From: an uncultured delta proteobacterium
GTDB lineage: Bacteria; Desulfobacterota; Syntrophia; Syntrophales; Smithellaceae
DNA: 64,000 bases
Assembly (NCBI GenBank): GCA_963813455.1
Contig: CAWEZF010000008.1
Location: forward strand, 1,874-65,873
Reading direction: 5' to 3'
The translations under genes were made by a program, and so were the position numbers. Shown here piece by piece: positions 59,667 through 64,000 of this stretch (within the stretch, counting starts at the first letter, position 1; each line of letters starts with the position of its first letter). The notes beneath the pieces are model-generated. The model was not told the DNA's origin, did no database searches, and saw nothing but the letters and a program-made list of their open reading frames with translations.

Positions 59667-60740
59667 ATGAAGAATAAAACAAAGCCGCTCAAAAACAAGA
59701 TAAACCACCAATCAGCGCGAATACGTATGTCTTTACGGATTTGGCGGAAGGCTTTCCGCTATCATTTTGTCCCTTCCAGTTTTCTGCCGGCTATTCTGGG
59801 TGGCACTGTGGCCTGGACACAAAACGGAATTATCTATCAATGGTTTTTCTTTCTGGTTGTGCTGGGGGTAACGCTCAATCACATCGCGCTCAATATGACG
59901 GACGATTATTTCGATTATCTCGCCGCCGCTGATAAAAAAACCAAAAAAGTAATAAATCCTTACGCGGGCGGCAGCGGCACCCTGACTGCGGGGAAAATTA
60001 AGCCCCAAGATATGCGGTTTGTTTTTATCTCATTTTATTTGCTGACTATCATCATCGGCCTGTATCTTTGCGCGGCAAGAACCTGGTGGGTGCTTGCCTT
60101 TGGTTTATTCGGAATGGCCAGCTCCTATTTTTACACTGCGCCTCCGGTGCGCTACGGCTACCGCGGCTTGGGGGAAATATCGCAACTGATTAATTTCAGT
60201 TTTACCATCGGCCTGGGCGCGTATGTGGTGCAGGCGCTTTCTTTATCCTGGGAGGCGTTTTGGGTTTTATCGCCTCTGGGGCTGATGATGTTCGCGATGA
60301 TCATTATCAATGAAATACCGGATAGAAAAGATGACGCGGCAGCAGGCAAAAACAACCTTGTAGTTTTACTGGGAGCGGGAAAGGCGGTTTGGCTTTACAC
60401 GGCGGCGATGACCGCGGCCTACTTGGTTATTTTATTCGTGCCGATATTTCATGTGGCAAGTTTCTGGATATATCTGGCGTTTTTCACCCTGCCCTGGTCT
60501 CTTCGTGCATTCGGCATTTTGAAAAGGAATTTCAATAATCCGTCACGGCTCGCGCCGGCAAATCTCCTGACTATCCACGCGCATAATCTGACAGGAATTT
60601 CATTGATTATCGCTTATCTGATTCAGGGCATTCAGAATAATCAAGATTTGCAACCCGCTTTTTATGTCGCGTTTATTTTGGCGGGCTTTTATATTCCGGC
60701 TGCCGCCACTGTCTTTTTGGGAAATAATGATAAAAAATGA
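59667..60740 (+). CDS. UbiA-family aromatic prenyltransferase (MenA-like)
   Basis: 357 aa polytopic protein with NHIALNMTDDYFDY (NxxxDxxxD) and a second Asp-rich motif, NEIPDRKDD. The start may be 59727. Confidence 0.75.
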   Translation: MKNKTKPLKNKINHQSARIRMSLRIWRKAFRYHFVPSSFLPAILGGTVAWTQNGIIYQWFFFLVVLGVTLNHIALNMTDDYFDYLAAADKKTKKVINPYAGGSGTLTAGKIKPQDMRFVFISFYLLTIIIGLYLCAARTWWVLAFGLFGMASSYFYTAPPVRYGYRGLGEISQLINFSFTIGLGAYVVQALSLSWEAFWVLSPLGLMMFAMIIINEIPDRKDDAAAGKNNLVVLLGAGKAVWLYTAAMTAAYLVILFVPIFHVASFWIYLAFFTLPWSLRAFGILKRNFNNPSRLAPANLLTIHAHNLTGISLIIAYLIQGIQNNQDLQPAFYVAFILAGFYIPAAATVFLGNNDKK

Positions 60741-60798
60741 CGACACAAAACTTTTAATATTGTAACATACGCAAACCTGACGCGAGGAGGAGGGCAAA

Positions 60799-61518
60799 AT
60801 GGAATTTGACCGTGATAGTCTGGCAAAACAAGACGGCAAGGAAGGACGCGAGGCGTTGGTTGCCGTGGAGGGAAAAGTATATGACGTGACGGGAAATCGC
60901 CTGTGGAAAAACGGCACGCATATGAACAGGCACCAGGCCGGCGCTGATCTGACCGAGGCCATTGCCGCGTCGCCGCACGGGAAAGACGTTTTGGAAAAAA
61001 TCCAGGCAAAGGGCACGCTCGCCAAAGATAAAGAAGATAAACCGCCGTTTCTTCCGGGGTGGCTGATCAATTTTTTAGAAGCCTATCCCTTTTTTAAACG
61101 GCATCCGCACCCCATGGTTGTTCATTTTCCCATGGCGATTTTTATTATCGCTCCGCTTTTTCTGGCCTGGTATTATCTGGTTAGTCCCGCGCAGGGGCTG
61201 CTGGAAGCTGTTTTATATCTTTATATTTTAGGGACATTATCTTTGCCCGCGGCCATCATTACGGGAATCCTCGCCTGGCTGGTAAATTATTTCGGCAAGC
61301 CCAATCCCCTGATTATCCGCAAAACTGTTTTTTCCGTTTTGCTTCTGATTTTTGATGTCATTATCGTCGCGGCGCTGATCATCAGTCCCGCGATTTTACA
61401 GAATCCTACAGGCTGGGAAAATATTATTCCGGTGCTGATTTTTCTGTGTCTGCCGCTAGTATCAATTATCGGCGAACACGGCGGGAAACTGGTTTTTCCC
61501 GTGCTGAAAAGCAAATAA
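60799..61518 (+). CDS. cytochrome b5-like heme/steroid-binding domain fused to a DUF2231 membrane domain
   Basis: 239 aa. N-terminus: LAKQDGKEGREALVAVEGKVYDVTGNRLWKNGTHMNRHQAGADLT. C-terminus: 4 TM segments with HPMVVHFP. Confidence 0.6.
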   Translation: MEFDRDSLAKQDGKEGREALVAVEGKVYDVTGNRLWKNGTHMNRHQAGADLTEAIAASPHGKDVLEKIQAKGTLAKDKEDKPPFLPGWLINFLEAYPFFKRHPHPMVVHFPMAIFIIAPLFLAWYYLVSPAQGLLEAVLYLYILGTLSLPAAIITGILAWLVNYFGKPNPLIIRKTVFSVLLLIFDVIIVAALIISPAILQNPTGWENIIPVLIFLCLPLVSIIGEHGGKLVFPVLKSK

Positions 61519-61609
61519 GGCAAACGCAAATTATCGGGATTCCGGCTCACCGGCCAAAACGACAGCAATGGTTCTTGGGCATGCACAGCGGAAAAACATA
61601 TAAGATGTT

Positions 61610-62536
61610 TTATGGGATAAATTTATTTTTTTTGAGAGAATCGATAAAAATTTTGTGAAACGGCCGGAAATCAAAGTTGTGCCGGTAAATTAAATGAAAG
61701 TTTCTCTCCATCAGGCAGCCCTGAATGGGAATTTCCGCCAGCAAGCCCTGCGCAAGTTCGCGCTCCACAGCGTGAATGGAAATAATAGAGACACCGAGTC
61801 CCGCGATTATTGCTTCTTTAACGGCTTCGGAACTGCCGAGCTCCGCGCAGATATTAAATTGGGAAAGATTTACTGATTTTTCCTCTTTGAGATAGTTTTC
61901 CATAAAATCCCTGGTTGCAGAACCTTTCTCTCGCACAATGAAAGGTTCTGCAAATAATTCTTTCATCACAACAGACTTGGTTTTGCTCCATTTATGTTTT
62001 TTGGGCACAACTAAAATAAGACGGTCTTTCCAAAGTTCCCGTGTTTCCAGTTTTTTATTTGAAGGGCTTTTGCCGATAATGCCCATTTCCACTTCGCTTG
62101 CCAAAACCATGTTCATAACTTCTTCGCTGTCCGCCGTTTTGATATACATGGTGATATCCGGATGATTTCCGCGTAGCGCGCTCAACACACGCGGCAGTAT
62201 ATAGGTGGCCGGTATGGTGCTGGCGCCGATATAAATATTTCCGCCGGTATTTGCTCCCAGCGCGGTTATTTTTTCCTTTGCCTCCTCACGAAGTTTCATT
62301 ATGCGCCGCGCGTAATCATAAATTACTTTTCCTTCCGGCGTGAGCGATATTCCCGCACTGCCTCTGTTTACCAGAGGCGCGCCGAGATAATCTTCCGCGT
62401 TTCTGATATTTTTGGTGAGTGCCGGCTGACTTATGTGCATTTTCCTGGCGGCCAGGCTGAAACTGCCTTCTTCCACAAGGGAAATCAGCGCTTCCATTTG
62501 CTGAAGAGTTATATTTTTAAAATGCTCTGTTTTCAT
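61610..62536 (-). CDS. LysR-family transcriptional regulator
   Basis: 308 aa with N-terminal wHTH FSLAARKMHISQPALTKNIRNAE. Divergent from yedE. Confidence 0.85.
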   Translation of the reverse strand: MKTEHFKNITLQQMEALISLVEEGSFSLAARKMHISQPALTKNIRNAEDYLGAPLVNRGSAGISLTPEGKVIYDYARRIMKLREEAKEKITALGANTGGNIYIGASTIPATYILPRVLSALRGNHPDITMYIKTADSEEVMNMVLASEVEMGIIGKSPSNKKLETRELWKDRLILVVPKKHKWSKTKSVVMKELFAEPFIVREKGSATRDFMENYLKEEKSVNLSQFNICAELGSSEAVKEAIIAGLGVSIISIHAVERELAQGLLAEIPIQGCLMERNFHLIYRHNFDFRPFHKIFIDSLKKNKFIP

Positions 62537-62732
62537 GTCCGTTTAGTATCACAAAAGAGAATTCCCCGCCATGATAAATATAACTGTGAGGAATATTCAT
62601 TATTACCAATGGTTTAACGAATCAACGGTATATTACTAAAATTAATAATTGTTTTTCAAATATTACTTTTATGAATTTGCTTTTAAGTGCGCCTGCTGTT
62701 AGAAAAAACAAAATCTTTTGTGAGGTTCTTAT

Positions 62733-63811
62733 ATGAAAAACATTTTTTCTTCAAAAGCAGGGATAATTATCGTCGGTGGCATTATCGGCATTATCGCCGC
62801 CCTGTTGCAGTATTTCGGTAATCCCGCCAATATGGGTATTTGCGTTGCCTGTTTTGAGCGCGATATTGCCGGCGCGCTGGGATTGCACCGCGCGGGAGTC
62901 GTGCAGTATCTGCGCCCGGAAATTATGGGTCTTGTGCTGGGCGCGTTTGCCGCGGCGCTTTTTGCCGGAGAATATAAACCGCGCGGCGGTTCATCTCCTT
63001 TAATCCGTTTCTTCTTAGGAATGTTTGCCATGATCGGCGCACTGGTATTTTTAGGTTGCCCCTGGCGCGCGCTGTTGAGACTGGCGGGTGGTGATGGAAA
63101 CGCCATTTTGGGACTTCTTGGGATTAGCCACAGGAATTTTCATCGGCATCCAGTTTCTCAAAAGAGGTTTTAGCCTCGGGCGCTCTCACGCGCAGGCGAA
63201 AGCCAGCGGCTGGATAATGCCCGGCTTCATGGTTGGCGTTATTTTTGCTTCTGGTTTTCAAAGTTCAGTTTGCCGAAGGCGGCCCGATTTTCTTCAGTGA
63301 AGAAGGCCCGGGCTCTCAGTACGCCCCGATTTTTGTTAGTCTGATCGCGGGTCTGATTATCGGCACGCTCGCGCAGCGCAGCCGCTTCTGCACGATGGGC
63401 GCGATTCGTGATGTGATGCTGACCAGAGATTTTCATCTGATCAGCGGCGTGGCCTCATTGCTTGTTTTTGCTTTTGTTATGAATTTAATTTTAGGACAAT
63501 TTAATCCCGGTTTTGCCGGACAGCCCGTGGCGCATACCAATCATGTCTGGAACTTTTTGGGCATGACATTGGCAGGCCTTGCCTTCGCTCTGGCTGGTGG
63601 TTGTCCCGGCAGACAGCTATTTCTTTCCGGTGAGGGTGACGCGGACGCGGGTGTGTTTGTTATCGGCATGATTGTCGGCGCGGGAGTCGCTCATAACTTT
63701 GCTTTGGCCAGCTCCCCTCAGGGCGCGAGCGCTTTTGGGCCCATTGCCGTGGTTATCGGCTTGGTGTTTTGCCTGATTATCGGCTTTACCATGCTGCAGA
63801 GGGCAAAATAA
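62733..63811 (+). pseudogene. yedE: YedE-family putative selenium-metabolism membrane protein, two frame breaks (or sequence errors)
   Basis: ORFs 62733-63173, 63088-63300 and 63233-63811 are collinear (GICVACFERDIAG.., GCPWRALLRLAGGD.., RSRFCTMGAIRD.., GGCPGRQLFLSGEGD). Confidence 0.75.
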
Positions 63812-63816
63812 TTTTT

Positions 63817-63911
63817 GACCGGCTGAGTTGGCTGGTGCCGGCCGCGGGCTTCAAACCCGTCGGGCAAACAATGCAATGTTTGCTGTTGGGGTTCGATTCT
63901 GAAGCCGGTCT
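63817..63911 (+). tRNA. tRNA-Sec-like tRNA, anticodon UCA (selC or a selC-mimicking tRNA); weak T arm, no encoded CCA
   Basis: Hand fold: 8-bp acceptor GACCGGCT/AGCCGGTC, 6-bp D stem with 4-nt loop, anticodon loop CTTCAAA, 25-nt variable region (7-bp stem GCAAACA/TGTTTGC), GTTCGAT T loop, and U at the discriminator position. Confidence 0.5.
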
Positions 63912-64000
63912 TCACATAGAGGTATTACAAAAAATGTTTTTTGGCGGTAAAAAACAAAATAAATTTGAGGGCGGCGGGCTTGTTCTTTTTCAGGCCGTGG

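Noticed and set aside
60600-61070. 156-aa, 106-aa and 74-aa minus-strand ORFs
   Set aside because: They overlap the 3' end of the UbiA-family gene and the 5' end of the cytochrome b5/DUF2231 gene on the opposite strand. No support.
62729-63106. 125-aa minus-strand ORF
   Set aside because: It is antisense to yedE.

Overview
This 64-kb window looks like it comes from a Desulfobacterota-type (delta-proteobacterial) anaerobe. That is an inference from gene content: an F1Fo operon with b/b' but no a/c genes, rubrerythrin plus reverse rubrerythrin, an ADP-forming acyl-CoA synthetase, an AmmeMemoRadiSam radical-SAM gene, and 'gattgc...cgcaatgaca' intergenic repeats. The window has three parts. (1) 0-13.5 kb holds an intact lipid-modification cluster (PNPOx-like, FAD oxidoreductase, a DUF1365::CFA-synthase fusion, DUF2177, DUF1295). 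It also holds hydrolase, SnoaL-like and toroid-repeat genes, a GPH sugar symporter, amrS plus a methyltransferase, and a frame-broken moaA. (2) 14.7-29.7 kb is an intact housekeeping block: greA, atpF'FHAGDC, bactofilin, rodA-mrdA-mreDCB, a ppiD-like gene, tRNA-Ala(GGC) and tRNA-Leu(CAA). (3) 29.8-64 kb is a mosaic accessory region. Its main contents, in order: an aspS::gatC fusion, a GatA-like gene that has lost the amidase catalytic triad, and gatB, with five frame breaks between them. Next come toxin-antitoxin and RhuM remnants. A type-IIG restriction-modification gene follows whose body is replaced by a 5'-truncated DUF2075::S24-peptidase fragment. Two reciprocally truncated copies of an ACS-alpha/4Fe-4S gene pair come next. 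A promoter-led three-gene cassette (ATP-grasp_ST ligase, ThrC/cysteate-synthase-like PLP enzyme, N-domain-less Mur-type ligase) is my best candidate for an undescribed system. The region ends with stress genes and small membrane genes, a doubly frame-broken yedE, and a tRNA-Sec-like UCA tRNA with a U discriminator. No transposase, integrase or CRISPR array was seen. All family names come from reading the translations from memory; no searches were run.
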